From positions 3,367-67,366 of the forward strand of contig JAFDHG010000003.1 of assembly GCA_019308925.1 (NCBI GenBank): a stretch of 64,000 bases of DNA. The letters are read 5' to 3'. Shown here piece by piece: positions 27,035 to 37,339 of this stretch. Source of the DNA: Deltaproteobacteria bacterium. GTDB taxonomy: Bacteria > Desulfobacterota > B13-G15 > RBG-16-54-18. A program made the position numbers and the translations under genes. Below the pieces are notes generated by a model, which worked only from the letters and a program-made list of their open reading frames with translations, did not search any database and was not told where the DNA came from. How positions within the stretch are numbered: the first letter of the stretch is position 1; every line of letters begins with the position of its first letter.

Positions 27035-28558
27035 TTAGACCATTACCTTCTTCAGGTCTTTTACCACCACGTCAAAAGGCTTCATTGCCTCCTGATGCCC
27101 CCCCATCTCTATGTAGTCATCGTGCCTCATGGTGTACTCTATGGGAGCCACCGTAGCCGGCGTAGGGACCCATGTAAAGGCCCCTCTCTTTACCCGTTCC
27201 ACGTCCACGGCGAAGGTGATTCCGCCTCCTGGAAAGATAAAGGTTGGAGCACCTCCCACGGTGAGACAGGCCTTACAGGCGTGGACTGCCTGGGTGAGTT
27301 TGATGGGGTACTTGGTTACGCCAGCCCTGGCGCTTCCGCCTGCCCCTGCGACGTATATAGCTGATACCCGCGAGGGTTGAGCGGTGTTATTGATGACCCC
27401 CACCGCCCTTTGGGCGGCCGCGGTGAGGGGGATCTCCTCGAACCCCTTCCCATTCCAACGGAACATAGATGCCCGCTCACCGGTGGTCTCCGTGATCAGG
27501 AGGGTCATCCCATCCCAGGCAATTTCCTCGTCGACTCCCGCGATGATCTCAAGAGGATTGGTGATCGAGGTTCCGCCCCATCCATGACCTTGGTCCTGAA
27601 AGTATCTGCCCGGAGTACTCTTCCTGCCACGCAGTTGAATGCCGCTATAGCGCGCGTTAACATATCTTCCGGCAGCATGTTCGGTGAAGAGCCCGGTAAG
27701 GTGAGAGTCGAGGACGATCACCTCGTCTGCTGCTTCCTTAAAGAAGGGGGTGAACAACCCCATGGAGGCACTACCGCAGCCGACCCGCATCTTTTGTATT
27801 ACCTCACCGTCGATCACCGGGGCTTTACCCACCTGCATTTTAAGGGTACTTCCTTTTTTTACTCTCAACTCTACTGGCTCGCGGTTCGCAATTTCAACAA
27901 TGGTGCGTGCTACCGTGAAGCAGTTCTTTCCTGTAAGGAGGTTGGCACCACCGATGGAGAGGATCTTAGAGCCGTACTCCTCTGTAGTTACATGTCCCAC
28001 CTTTCTCCCCTTTATTAAAACGGGAGCACCCTCTTCACCAATGGTCTTATCAGTGTCAATTTTTACCTTGATCCCACTGTAGCTCAGTGGGGCTTCAGTT
28101 ACCACCGTTACGACATCGATTCCATCTGACTTACCCTGGACGATGTAAGGGGCAGGTCGTGCATCAGGGTAGGTAGTCCCTGCTCCAATGGCAGTAATGA
28201 GGGGGCGGCGAATGGCCTCTTCATAGTCGGGGCCGACTATATCCTTGATGTCCGCAAAGGTGTGCAGGGGCACGGTGCGCACCAGTCTCCCATCTTCGTT
28301 TTGGAACCGTTTGCATGCCCCGGTCTTTCCCAAGGCGATTTCGCAACCTATAGGGCAGGCGTCACAGCGAACCCTTCCGGGCAAGGGTTCGGCTTCTTTG
28401 GTGATAGCTTCTTCTGGGCAGACCTTGGCGCAAGTCTGGCAATTGACACAGAGCTTCTGAGAGATGACCGCCTTTTCCTCTATCAGGGAAATGGCTCCCA
28501 GGGGGCAATCCTCCACACACTTGCCGCAGCCTACACACCTTTCAAGATCAACGATCAC
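27035..28558 (-). CDS. hnr: 6-hydroxynicotinate reductase-like 4Fe-4S protein
   Basis: Two CxxCxxCxxxCP ferredoxin motifs, CDACPIGC, GAGTTYPD, MRVGCGSA, GAGGSARAGVT; adjacent to enamidase. Confidence 0.8.
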   Translation of the reverse strand: MIVDLERCVGCGKCVEDCPLGAISLIEEKAVISQKLCVNCQTCAKVCPEEAITKEAEPLPGRVRCDACPIGCEIALGKTGACKRFQNEDGRLVRTVPLHTFADIKDIVGPDYEEAIRRPLITAIGAGTTYPDARPAPYIVQGKSDGIDVVTVVTEAPLSYSGIKVKIDTDKTIGEEGAPVLIKGRKVGHVTTEEYGSKILSIGGANLLTGKNCFTVARTIVEIANREPVELRVKKGSTLKMQVGKAPVIDGEVIQKMRVGCGSASMGLFTPFFKEAADEVIVLDSHLTGLFTEHAAGRYVNARYSGIQLRGRKSTPGRYFQDQGHGWGGTSITNPLEIIAGVDEEIAWDGMTLLITETTGERASMFRWNGKGFEEIPLTAAAQRAVGVINNTAQPSRVSAIYVAGAGGSARAGVTKYPIKLTQAVHACKACLTVGGAPTFIFPGGGITFAVDVERVKRGAFTWVPTPATVAPIEYTMRHDDYIEMGGHQEAMKPFDVVVKDLKKVMV

Positions 28559-28560
28559 CT

Positions 28561-29721
28561 TTACTCCTCTTTACACCGACGTACTGGAGGTGGTGTGTTT
28601 CTGCTGACCCAGGCATTGACCTCTCCGTCCACGAGGACGGCGGCTATACCAGGGATATCACCCGCCTCAATAGCCTCCAGGGCATCCGCTCCCACAGATC
28701 CCATGGGTGTATCCATTACAACGAGGTCTGCCTCATATCCTTCTTTGATCTGTCCGCGATTGAGCTTGTACACCCGGGCAGTATTACCGGTAGCCATGGC
28801 AATGGCCTCCTCGGCCTTGACACTTCCTACAGAAGCGATGAGGTTCAATACGCGCAGGATCCCCAGGGGGATTACCCCCGTACCTGATGGGGCGTCGTTC
28901 CCGATGAGGATCCTTTCAAAGACCCCTTGCTCCCGGGCGATCCTGACGATCTCCAGTGCAACCTTGGGGTTACCGCATTCGACGATCTCAAAGGCGTAGT
29001 TGGTCTCCTTGATGATCCTCTCCGCCTCGGCCAGGGGGACAGCGGTAGGCCCTCCATTGAGGTGGGCCACTACATCCGGACCGGTTGCCATCACCTGATC
29101 GGCTGTCACGGTGGTGCTGCCGGGGATGGAGGTTCCACCCGTGTGCATCATCACCACCATTCCATATTTCTTGGCCAAGCGAACCATAGGAGCGGCATCT
29201 TCCGGTCTTTTCACGGCCCCTAAGCCGATCTCCCCCACATGCGTTACCCCCTCTCGGGCCATCTCCGCAAAGTCCTCCTCACCCAGGCCCGGTTCCAGGA
29301 TGAGGCCACCACCCAACACCTTCACCCCCCCTGGCCGGAAGTTGGCGAAGGCCTTGGCCGCCAGGATGGCCAGGGCCTTGGTCCCTGCAGCATCTCGGGG
29401 TCTGCCAGGGGTGTGGACCTCTCCAGCGGAGATCATCGTGGTGACCCCCCCGTGGAGGGAGCTAGCAATGAAATCGAGCTGTCTCTGCCTGGGGGTGAAG
29501 TCACCGATGACGGGATGGCAGTGTGAGTCGATGAGACCAGGGGCCACCGTCATCCCCCCAACATCGATGACCCTGTCCACATCTGGTGCCTCCAGATCCT
29601 TCCCTTTTCCCAGCCCTTTGATCAGGCCATCCTCGATCAGGATGGCATCGGCCTCCAGGATGGGTTGAGAGAGGTCCCCTGATACCAGTTTGCCTATGTC
29701 TTTGATCAAGAGCTTGCCCAT
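28561..29721 (-). CDS. ena: enamidase (amidohydrolase family)
   Basis: PGLIDSHCHPVIGDFTPRQ, ISAGEVHTPGRP, HTGGTSIPG, HLNGG, GNDAPSGTG. Confidence 0.88.
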   Translation of the reverse strand: MGKLLIKDIGKLVSGDLSQPILEADAILIEDGLIKGLGKGKDLEAPDVDRVIDVGGMTVAPGLIDSHCHPVIGDFTPRQRQLDFIASSLHGGVTTMISAGEVHTPGRPRDAAGTKALAILAAKAFANFRPGGVKVLGGGLILEPGLGEEDFAEMAREGVTHVGEIGLGAVKRPEDAAPMVRLAKKYGMVVMMHTGGTSIPGSTTVTADQVMATGPDVVAHLNGGPTAVPLAEAERIIKETNYAFEIVECGNPKVALEIVRIAREQGVFERILIGNDAPSGTGVIPLGILRVLNLIASVGSVKAEEAIAMATGNTARVYKLNRGQIKEGYEADLVVMDTPMGSVGADALEAIEAGDIPGIAAVLVDGEVNAWVSRNTPPPVRRCKEE

Positions 29722-29768
29722 TTTGTCCTCCTTTTTGTCGAGCCATGCCTATAATAATCAGAACTAAA

Positions 29769-29858
29769 CCTCGCCTATATAAAATACAGGATTCAAGGGG
29801 TCTAGGATTCAAGGGATCTAGTAAAAATATATTTTAAATCCTGGAATCCTTGACCCCT
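29769..29858. repeat. 8-bp-periodic palindromic element, copy B
   Basis: GGATTCAA GGGGTCTA GGATTCAA GGGATCTA GT ... TTAAATCC TGGAATCC TTGACCCC; shares the leader CCTCGnCTATnTAAAATACAGG with copy A. Confidence 0.8.
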
Positions 29859-29936
29859 AAAGCGAGGCCGAAATATTTTGGGGGCTGAAACATCCTTAAG
29901 CCTTTCAGCATACCGTGATATTTTCAGGGTAACTAT

Positions 29937-30662
29937 CTACAACTTCTTGATCTTATCGATATCGAGTTTATCGAGGATGATCACCCCCGCCCTCTTCATC
30001 TCCACTAGGGCCTTCTTTGAGGTATCTGGGGCCACCCCCCGGCACAACTCCTTGATCACGATCACCTCATAGCCTGCCTTGGCTGCATCAATGGCCGTCG
30101 CTTTCACGCAGTAGTCGGTGGCGATCCCATAGACCACGACCTTCTCGATCCCATTCCGCCTCAGGATGGAGTCCATCTCCGTCTTTTGTCCCCCGTCGTC
30201 CTGAAAGCCGGAGTAGCTGTCGAACCTTTTATCCCTTCCCTTCTGGACGATGGCCAAGAAGAGGTTGTTGTCCACCAAGATCCTGGCGTTTTCTGTCCCC
30301 TGGACGCAGTGCGGGGGCCAGAGGACCTGGGTCCGGTCATCGACCTTGATCACCTCGAAGGGCTTCTTGCCTGGGTGGTTGGTGTAAAAGGAGATATGGT
30401 CCCCTGGATGCCAGTCCTGGGTGGCGAAGGGGATAAAGCCGGCCTTTTTCAACAGCTTGGTGGCATTCCTGACCTTTTCGATAAAGACCTTGTTTGTGCC
30501 CGAGACAGCAAGGGAGCCTTTTTTCCATTCGGTGAAGTCACCCTGGACGTCTACTACGATGGCCCCTATCCTTTTGACAATGGTGGCCTTTTGCCCTGAT
30601 GCGGTCGATGCAACGGTGAAGGCGATCGCTGCCCCCAAGAATAATACCAATACGATCTTCAT
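29937..30662 (-). CDS. pncA: nicotinamidase with N-terminal signal peptide
   Basis: VDVQGDF, QDWHPGDH, WPPHCVQGT, VQKG, GIATDYCV; leader MKIVLVLFLGAAIAFTVASTASG; alternative start at 30683. Confidence 0.88.
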   Translation of the reverse strand: MKIVLVLFLGAAIAFTVASTASGQKATIVKRIGAIVVDVQGDFTEWKKGSLAVSGTNKVFIEKVRNATKLLKKAGFIPFATQDWHPGDHISFYTNHPGKKPFEVIKVDDRTQVLWPPHCVQGTENARILVDNNLFLAIVQKGRDKRFDSYSGFQDDGGQKTEMDSILRRNGIEKVVVYGIATDYCVKATAIDAAKAGYEVIVIKELCRGVAPDTSKKALVEMKRAGVIILDKLDIDKIKKL

Positions 30663-30702
30663 TGTCAGACCTCCTCCCTTCATTGTAAGACCTCCTTTTC
30701 TG

Positions 30703-32961
30703 TTAATATCTTTTGTTTGACGATCCCAACTTCCTCCTGGATGCCTCCAGCACCCTCTCCAGGCTGGCCGGCAGGTGATAGATCCTCTCCCCCAGGGCAT
30801 GGGCGATGGCGTTCAGGATGGCCGGGGCGGTGGGGATAAGGGCCGGCTCCCCCACCCCCTTGGCCCCAAAAGGACCGGTGGGTTCTGGATCCTCCACAAT
30901 GATGGGGATGACCTCTGGTATGTCTTTTATCGAAGGGATCAAATAGTCCCGCATGGAACGGGTCTGCCCAGGGACGAACTCCTCCATCAGGGCGAAACCG
31001 ATCCCCATGGCCACACCGCTGGCAATCTGCCCTACCACATTGGAAGGGTTTACGGCCTTCCCCACATCGTGGGCTGCCACCACCCGCAAAACATCCACCT
31101 CGCCAGTAGCAGGGTCCACCTCTACCTCTGCCATCTGGCAGGCGAATGCATAGGTGGCATACGGGATGCCTTGGCCAGTCTCGGCGTCCAGGGTAGTGGT
31201 GGGTGGGTCGAAGAAACCCTCACCCATTAATTTCTTTCCCTCCTGATAGGACCTGGCTGCCACATCCTTCAGGGTGGCAAATATTTCCCCGTCTCTTTGG
31301 GATTTGACCAGCCCGTCCTCCACAGTGAGCTCGTGCGCAGGGACTTTCAGAAATCGGGAGGCCTCCTCCAGGACCAACCCTTTTAACTTGTCTGTCGCCT
31401 CGTACACCGCATTGCCGGAGATATAGGTCTGGCGGCTGGCCGAGGTGGCCCCGGCATCAAGGGTAAGGGCTGTATCCCCCCTAACGAGCCTGATATCCTG
31501 TGTATCTATCCCCATTTCGGAGGCGGCGATCTGGCTGAGCACTGTATCGGAACCCTGGCCGATCTCCGCTGCCCCTGTAAAAAGGGTGAACCTCCCCTGA
31601 TGATCGAGTTCGGCCCGGGCCGAGGCGGGGTTCTTCAACCCTGTATTGCCGATCCCATACCACATGGCCCCGATTCCCTTTCCATAGAGCCTTCCCGGGT
31701 TGGACTTTATCTCCCCCCTATGCTCTTTTACCTGCTGCAGGCACTCCTTGATCCCCACGCTCTCCTTTAGTGTCTGGCCGGTAGCAGTCTCCGAGCCCCG
31801 GTCGAAGGCGTTTAAGAGACGGATCTCAAAGGGGTCCATCCCCAGCTCCTCAGCCAGGATATCCATCTGGGATTCATGGGCGAAGGCCACCTGGGGAACG
31901 CCGAAGCCGCGCATGGCCCCACTGAAGGGATGATTGGTGTAGGCCATTTTACTCTTCACCCTTACATGGGGCACCTGATAAGGACCGGTGGCGTGCACCG
32001 CCGCCCTGCTGGCCACCGCTACCCCATAGGAGGCATAGGCCCCTGTATCCCCCAGGATATCGGCCTCCACGGCCACAAGCCTTCCATCCCGGCGGGCGCC
32101 GGTCTTGTATCTCATGATCAGGGGGTGACGCTTGGCCGTGGCCAGATAGGCCTCCTCTCTTGTGTAGACCAACCGAACCGGACGCCGCAGATGATAGATG
32201 GCCAAGGCGAGGAAACACTGAACGCTGATATCAAGTTTGCTCCCGAACCCCCCTCCAGTGGTCGCCTGGATCACCCTTGCCTGCGATGGTTCTACCCCCA
32301 GGACGGCCACGATCTCCATGTGGTCATAGTGGGGGTTCTGGGTTGATGGGTAGACAGTGATCCTCCCCTCTTCGTCCACCCAGGCCACCCCAGCATCAGG
32401 TTCCAGATAGGTGTGCTCCAGCATAGAGGTTAGATAGGTCCTCTCTATCACCAAGTCGGACTCGGCGAACCCCTGCTCTACATTACCCTTGATGGTGTCA
32501 CGCTGATAGAGGAGGTTCCCTTTTTCGTGGATCAGAGTGGGGGAGCGCAGGGCCTCTTCAGGGTCGAAGATGGGAGGGAGATCTTCATATTCCACTCTAA
32601 TCTCCTCCAAGGTCTGTTCGGCCTCCCTTTCAGTGTGGGCTACTACGAGGGCGATCGGATCTCCTATGAATCTGACTCTGTCTTCGGCCAGCACGTGTTG
32701 ATCCTTGGTTATGGCTATAATTCCGATTTGATTTTTCCCAGGAATGTCTCTATGGGTAAAGATCCTCACCACACCAGGCATCGCTTCAGCCTTCTCGGTG
32801 TGAATCTTTTTTATGCGTGCATGAGGACGATCGCTGCGCAGGACCTTCATGTGAAGGAGTCCCTCCATCTTGAGGTCGGCGGCGAAGAGGGCCTTGCCCA
32901 AGACCTTCTCCATGGTATCCACCCTTGGTATGCTCTCTCCTACCTTGCCCTTAAGCATCAT
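30703..32961 (-). CDS. xanthine-dehydrogenase-family molybdopterin subunit (probable nicotinate dehydrogenase, large and medium parts fused)
   Basis: GGGFGSK, AMRGFG, EIGQG, SASRQ, GAKGVGE; substrate inferred from context. Confidence 0.85.
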   Translation of the reverse strand: MMLKGKVGESIPRVDTMEKVLGKALFAADLKMEGLLHMKVLRSDRPHARIKKIHTEKAEAMPGVVRIFTHRDIPGKNQIGIIAITKDQHVLAEDRVRFIGDPIALVVAHTEREAEQTLEEIRVEYEDLPPIFDPEEALRSPTLIHEKGNLLYQRDTIKGNVEQGFAESDLVIERTYLTSMLEHTYLEPDAGVAWVDEEGRITVYPSTQNPHYDHMEIVAVLGVEPSQARVIQATTGGGFGSKLDISVQCFLALAIYHLRRPVRLVYTREEAYLATAKRHPLIMRYKTGARRDGRLVAVEADILGDTGAYASYGVAVASRAAVHATGPYQVPHVRVKSKMAYTNHPFSGAMRGFGVPQVAFAHESQMDILAEELGMDPFEIRLLNAFDRGSETATGQTLKESVGIKECLQQVKEHRGEIKSNPGRLYGKGIGAMWYGIGNTGLKNPASARAELDHQGRFTLFTGAAEIGQGSDTVLSQIAASEMGIDTQDIRLVRGDTALTLDAGATSASRQTYISGNAVYEATDKLKGLVLEEASRFLKVPAHELTVEDGLVKSQRDGEIFATLKDVAARSYQEGKKLMGEGFFDPPTTTLDAETGQGIPYATYAFACQMAEVEVDPATGEVDVLRVVAAHDVGKAVNPSNVVGQIASGVAMGIGFALMEEFVPGQTRSMRDYLIPSIKDIPEVIPIIVEDPEPTGPFGAKGVGEPALIPTAPAILNAIAHALGERIYHLPASLERVLEASRRKLGSSNKRY

Positions 32962-33838
32962 GACTTAGATTGAAGACATCCAATAAGGCCTTTTTTACCA
33001 GCCCCTGGACGGCAGGCCTTTTATATTCCGTTGAGGGCCTCACCCCGCTCCTTTTCACCATCTCCTGGGCCACCCTCTGGGCCGCCTCCTCGATCAGGGC
33101 GACGGAGGGTACCTCCTCCCTAAACAAGGCTTCCACCTCCCCCATCCTGCATGGTGTGGGGGTGCAGGAGCCTACTGAGACCCTTACCTCCTTTGCCCTC
33201 CTGCCCTCCACCTTGGCCAGCGCCGCAATATTTATCCTGGCGATGGCCAGGGCCTTTCTCCTGGCCAGCTTGACAAAAGAATGCCTCCATCCATCATCCA
33301 ATTTGGCAAAACTGATCTCCGTCAGGATTTCTTGTGGCTCAATGACCGTTCTATAAGGACCGAGATAGAGATCAGTTATCGGAAGGGTCCTCTCTCCTCC
33401 CTTTCGTTGTAGAGTCACCTTGGCCCCCAGGACCACTAGGGCAGGGATGGTATCGGCGGCAGGGGAGGCATTGACGATATTCCCTCCGATGGTCCCCATG
33501 TTTCTGATCTGGGGAGAGCCCACGTTTTGGGCGGCCCTTCCCAGGATATCTCCCCCCTCCTTGATCAACCCGGAGGAGGCGAGCTCAGCATGGTTGATGA
33601 GGGGACCTAGACAGATCTGATCCCCCTCCTCCCTGACAAACCTCAGCTCAGGGATGCGAGTGATATCCACCAGGAAATCTGCCCCCAGCTTTCCCTCCCT
33701 GATCTCTGTCATCAGGTCGGTCCCTCCGGCGATCACCCGGGCCCTTTCTCCGTTATCCTTTAGTATCTCTAAGGCCTCCCCCAGAGAGCTTGGACAGATG
33801 TATGCGAACTCAGACCTCACCCTTTTTACCGCTCCCAC
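32951..33838 (-). CDS. Mo-hydroxylase FAD subunit (NdhF/CoxM-like)
   Basis: IAGGTDL, SPQIRNMGTIGGNIVNASPAAD; start uncertain. Confidence 0.9.
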   Translation of the reverse strand: MGAVKRVRSEFAYICPSSLGEALEILKDNGERARVIAGGTDLMTEIREGKLGADFLVDITRIPELRFVREEGDQICLGPLINHAELASSGLIKEGGDILGRAAQNVGSPQIRNMGTIGGNIVNASPAADTIPALVVLGAKVTLQRKGGERTLPITDLYLGPYRTVIEPQEILTEISFAKLDDGWRHSFVKLARRKALAIARINIAALAKVEGRRAKEVRVSVGSCTPTPCRMGEVEALFREEVPSVALIEEAAQRVAQEMVKRSGVRPSTEYKRPAVQGLVKKALLDVFNLSHDA

Positions 33839-34298
33839 TGGCCTTGATGGCCTTCACGACCTGCAAGTAACCGGTACAACGACAGAGGTTGCCGGAGATG
33901 GCCTCCTCGATCTCCTCCTTGGATGGTTGGGGGTTTTCATCAAGGAGGGCCTTGGCCGCCATGATCATCCCGGGGGTGCAGAAGCCGCACTGAACGGCCC
34001 CATGGTTGAGAAAGGCCTCCTGCAATGGGTGCAGTTTCCCCTCCTGTCCGATCCCCTCAATGGTGATGATCTCCCTTCCATCTATTTTGGGGGCCAAGAC
34101 GAGGCAGGCATATACCGGTCTTCCATTCAGCAGGACCGTACACGCCCCACATTCCCCTATCCCGCACCCCTCCTTGGTCCCTGTGAGGCCGAGTTCGTCC
34201 CTGAGGAGTTCCAACAGGGTGAGGTTAGAAGGGATCTCCAGTTCTTTATCTTGGCCGTTTATTTTTAACCTTACCCTTACCTTCTGGACAGGCATCAT
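33810..34298 (-). CDS. Mo-hydroxylase 2x[2Fe-2S] subunit (NdhS/CoxS-like)
   Basis: [28 protein letters not shown]. Confidence 0.93.
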   Translation of the reverse strand: MMPVQKVRVRLKINGQDKELEIPSNLTLLELLRDELGLTGTKEGCGIGECGACTVLLNGRPVYACLVLAPKIDGREIITIEGIGQEGKLHPLQEAFLNHGAVQCGFCTPGMIMAAKALLDENPQPSKEEIEEAISGNLCRCTGYLQVVKAIKASGSGKKGEV

Positions 34299-34319
34299 CC
34301 CCTCACAAGGAAGCAATCT

Positions 34320-35627
34320 TTACCGTAGCATCATTCCAGGAAGTAAAAGGGCAATCTTAGGAAAGACCGTTATGATTGCGACTATCACGAATATTGATAT
34401 TAAAAAAGGCATTGCACCACGGAAGATCTCTTCCACTGGCGTATCCTTTGCTACCCCAGCAACGGTAAATATATTTAGTCCCATGGGCGGGGTGATCAAT
34501 CCTGCCTCCATCATGAGCACTGCGATTACCCCAAACCAGATGGGGTCAAACCCCAGCGCCAATATCACCGGGAAAATTACCGGCAGCGTCAGCACCATCA
34601 TTGAGATTGCGTCTAAAAAGCAGCCCAGGAAAAGGTATGAAACGACTATGATGGCGAGGATGACATATGGGGATACTTCAAGCCCGGCTACCCAAATTGC
34701 CACCTTCATGGGTATCGTGGACAGAGCTAGAAAATAACTGAAGACATTAGCCCCGGCAACAAGGAAGAGAACCATTACAGAAATCCGGACGGCCTCCTCC
34801 AAAGAGGCGAAGAGATTATGCCAGGTTAGTTTCCTTTTGACAAAAGCAGTCAAGAAAAGGGCAGTAGCCCCCATCGCTCCAGCCTCAGTGGGGGTAAAAA
34901 AGCCCAGATATATGCCACCCATTACCACCAAAAAGATTGCCAACGGTTCCCATATACCTCTGAGTGCTATGAATTTCTCTCTCCAGGTAACCGATTCAGG
35001 ACTGGCTGGGGCTAAACTGGGGTTCATTTTGACCTGGAGCACTACGATAGCTATATAGGCTGCCGCCAGAATGATTCCAGGAAGCATGCCAGCGATCAGG
35101 AGTTTTCCGATAGACTGCTCAGTGAGCATACCATAGACCACAAAGCCGATGCTCGGCGGGATAAGAAAACCCAGGGTACCGCCCGCGGCAATACTCCCTG
35201 TCGCAAGCCTCGGGTGATAGTTAAAGCGCTTCATTTCCGGAAGAGCAACGGTCCCCATAGTGGCTGCCGTCGCCACGGAAGATCCCGAGACAGCAGCAAA
35301 CCCGGCACAGGCACCAATTGTTGCAATCCCCAGCCCCCCGGGCAACTTTCGAAACCACTTGTCAAAGGTTCCATACAAGTCTTGAGTCATCCCGGAGCTA
35401 CCGGCAAACCCTCCCATAACAATAAAAAGTGGGATGACCGTGTATGGGTAATGATAGGCAACTTCATAGACTGTCCGAGCGGTTACTGGTAGCGCTGCCC
35501 CTATGGACGCCAAATAACTAAGTCCCAAGAAACCCACAAGCATCAAAGCAAAGGCTATGGGCATACCAAGGAATAGCAGAAAGAATACTAAAAACGTTCC
35601 GATGATACCTACAATTACTGGATCCAA
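34320..35627 (-). CDS. dctM: TRAP transporter large permease
   Basis: SGSSVATAA, LIPPS, FTPTEAG, ITPPMG. Confidence 0.93.
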   Translation of the reverse strand: MDPVIVGIIGTFLVFFLLFLGMPIAFALMLVGFLGLSYLASIGAALPVTARTVYEVAYHYPYTVIPLFIVMGGFAGSSGMTQDLYGTFDKWFRKLPGGLGIATIGACAGFAAVSGSSVATAATMGTVALPEMKRFNYHPRLATGSIAAGGTLGFLIPPSIGFVVYGMLTEQSIGKLLIAGMLPGIILAAAYIAIVVLQVKMNPSLAPASPESVTWREKFIALRGIWEPLAIFLVVMGGIYLGFFTPTEAGAMGATALFLTAFVKRKLTWHNLFASLEEAVRISVMVLFLVAGANVFSYFLALSTIPMKVAIWVAGLEVSPYVILAIIVVSYLFLGCFLDAISMMVLTLPVIFPVILALGFDPIWFGVIAVLMMEAGLITPPMGLNIFTVAGVAKDTPVEEIFRGAMPFLISIFVIVAIITVFPKIALLLPGMMLR

Positions 35628-35629
35628 GG

Positions 35630-36118
35630 TTATTTCCTTACCAGCTTTCCTACAGAAGTTGAAAGGTCAATCAAGAGTTCCAGGCAGAGGAAGACAGCCG
35701 CTACGGCGACAAGCAACCTGAAGGGTAGCTGGGGGATTCTCAGCATGTCTGAAACGGTTCGTTCCTCGATTCCTACCACCCAACCCTGCCATGCTAGAAT
35801 AGAAATTATGAACAGGCTGAGAAGGGTGGTCATTACATCCAGGATTAGCCCCATCCGTTCGGGGAGTCGAGATACAAGCATCGATACGCGAACATGCCCT
35901 TTCACCTGGTGCGTGTACGCAACGCCCAAGAGGATAAATATTACGAGCATGTAACTGGATAGCTCGACCGCGCCAGGGATAGGCCGGGTCCATAAGACCC
36001 GGCCTATCACATCACCGGCAGTGAGCAACATCATCGGGATGAGCAGACACATGCCCACTGAACATAGGTAAAGGTTTATGCGTTGTATCCCCTTCTTGAT
36101 CGTGGTCAACCACCCCAT
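35630..36118 (-). CDS. dctQ: TRAP transporter small permease
   Basis: Four TM segments; DVIGR...PIPGAVE...GHVRV. Confidence 0.9.
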   Translation of the reverse strand: MGWLTTIKKGIQRINLYLCSVGMCLLIPMMLLTAGDVIGRVLWTRPIPGAVELSSYMLVIFILLGVAYTHQVKGHVRVSMLVSRLPERMGLILDVMTTLLSLFIISILAWQGWVVGIEERTVSDMLRIPQLPFRLLVAVAAVFLCLELLIDLSTSVGKLVRK

Positions 36119-36144
36119 TTTTCATTATCCTAGCAAGGTGATTA

Positions 36145-37206
36145 CTACTTCCATTCGGGCGGGCATGCTACGCACTTTACACCCCTCTTTTTGCATTCCT
36201 CGTTGTACATCTTCACTGCCTTTTTTGCCGGAAGGCCCTTCTTCTCCAAATCTGCCGCCCACTTCCTCGTCATATCCTGAAATCTTGCGTACCAGCGATT
36301 CTCCTCTTTTTTAGGTAGGTAATAGAGTTTCACCCCTTTGTTAGCGATCTCCTTCATCATGACCTTGTAGACGTCTACAGTTAATCCCCCGGTGGTGCGG
36401 AAGGGATTTGAGCATACTTCCTCTATGATAGGCTTTAGGTCGTCTGGTGTCCTCTCCCAGCTCTTTTGGTTCATTATTACACCTTCGGTCACACAACCAA
36501 AAGTGGCGATCGTCCCATATTTTGCTACCTCATAGAGTTTGAAGGCGAGGACCAGTGGTGGGCAGGTAACGAGCCCGTCTACGGTACCTGTCTCCATAGC
36601 CAGATAGACATCACCAAGGGGCATGAATACCGGCTCCGCCCCTAGTGCCTTGATATAATTCGTTTGGTGACCCCCCGGGGTCCTTATTCTGAGTCCTTTG
36701 CAATCCTCCAGGGTACGCACAGGCTTCGTAGTCCATAATGAGGCTTTGATGCATCCGTTTAATTCGATCATTTTCACGCCGGGGAATTCTCGCTTCAGGA
36801 TGCGCTTATACATAGCATTGCCAATGTCAACGCCGATGTCTTTGCCATTTACCCAGACAGCCAGCGAGAGCACATCGCTGAGAGGAAAGCGTCCCGGTGT
36901 CCAGGTCGCGGTAAAATAGCCCATATCAGAGAGTCCCTTCGCCACTATATCGTAATGCTCTGCTCCTTTGCCCAGGGCGCCGCCGGCGTACAGGGTGTAG
37001 GTTATGCGGCCATTACTCCTCTTTTTCAGCTCCTCAAGCATCGGTATCCAAACAGTCTTCACCTCTCTGCTAACAGGAGGGTGCCAGGTGCTAAATTTTA
37101 TATGCATTGTCTTCTGTGGCTCTGCCACCGACCTCGTACTAACAGCCAACAATAGACTGGCTGCTAGCACAACCACTAGAGAAACTAAAAATATCTTCTT
37201 TTTCAT
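36145..37206 (-). CDS. dctP: TRAP substrate-binding protein
   Basis: Signal peptide MKKKIFLV..., YAGGALG, KGLRIRT, LGAEPV, ETGTVDG. Confidence 0.9.
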   Translation of the reverse strand: MKKKIFLVSLVVVLAASLLLAVSTRSVAEPQKTMHIKFSTWHPPVSREVKTVWIPMLEELKKRSNGRITYTLYAGGALGKGAEHYDIVAKGLSDMGYFTATWTPGRFPLSDVLSLAVWVNGKDIGVDIGNAMYKRILKREFPGVKMIELNGCIKASLWTTKPVRTLEDCKGLRIRTPGGHQTNYIKALGAEPVFMPLGDVYLAMETGTVDGLVTCPPLVLAFKLYEVAKYGTIATFGCVTEGVIMNQKSWERTPDDLKPIIEEVCSNPFRTTGGLTVDVYKVMMKEIANKGVKLYYLPKKEENRWYARFQDMTRKWAADLEKKGLPAKKAVKMYNEECKKRGVKCVACPPEWK

Positions 37207-37339
37207 CTTTTCCCTCCTTTTGGTTGTAGGTTGGTCCTTCAGTGGGGAAAGGCACAAAAATGGACATCACCTCCCTTCATGCCCGACTTCCCCCCTTTGC
37301 CTGTGTCATGCATGAAGCCCATAAACTTATCTCTACTTT

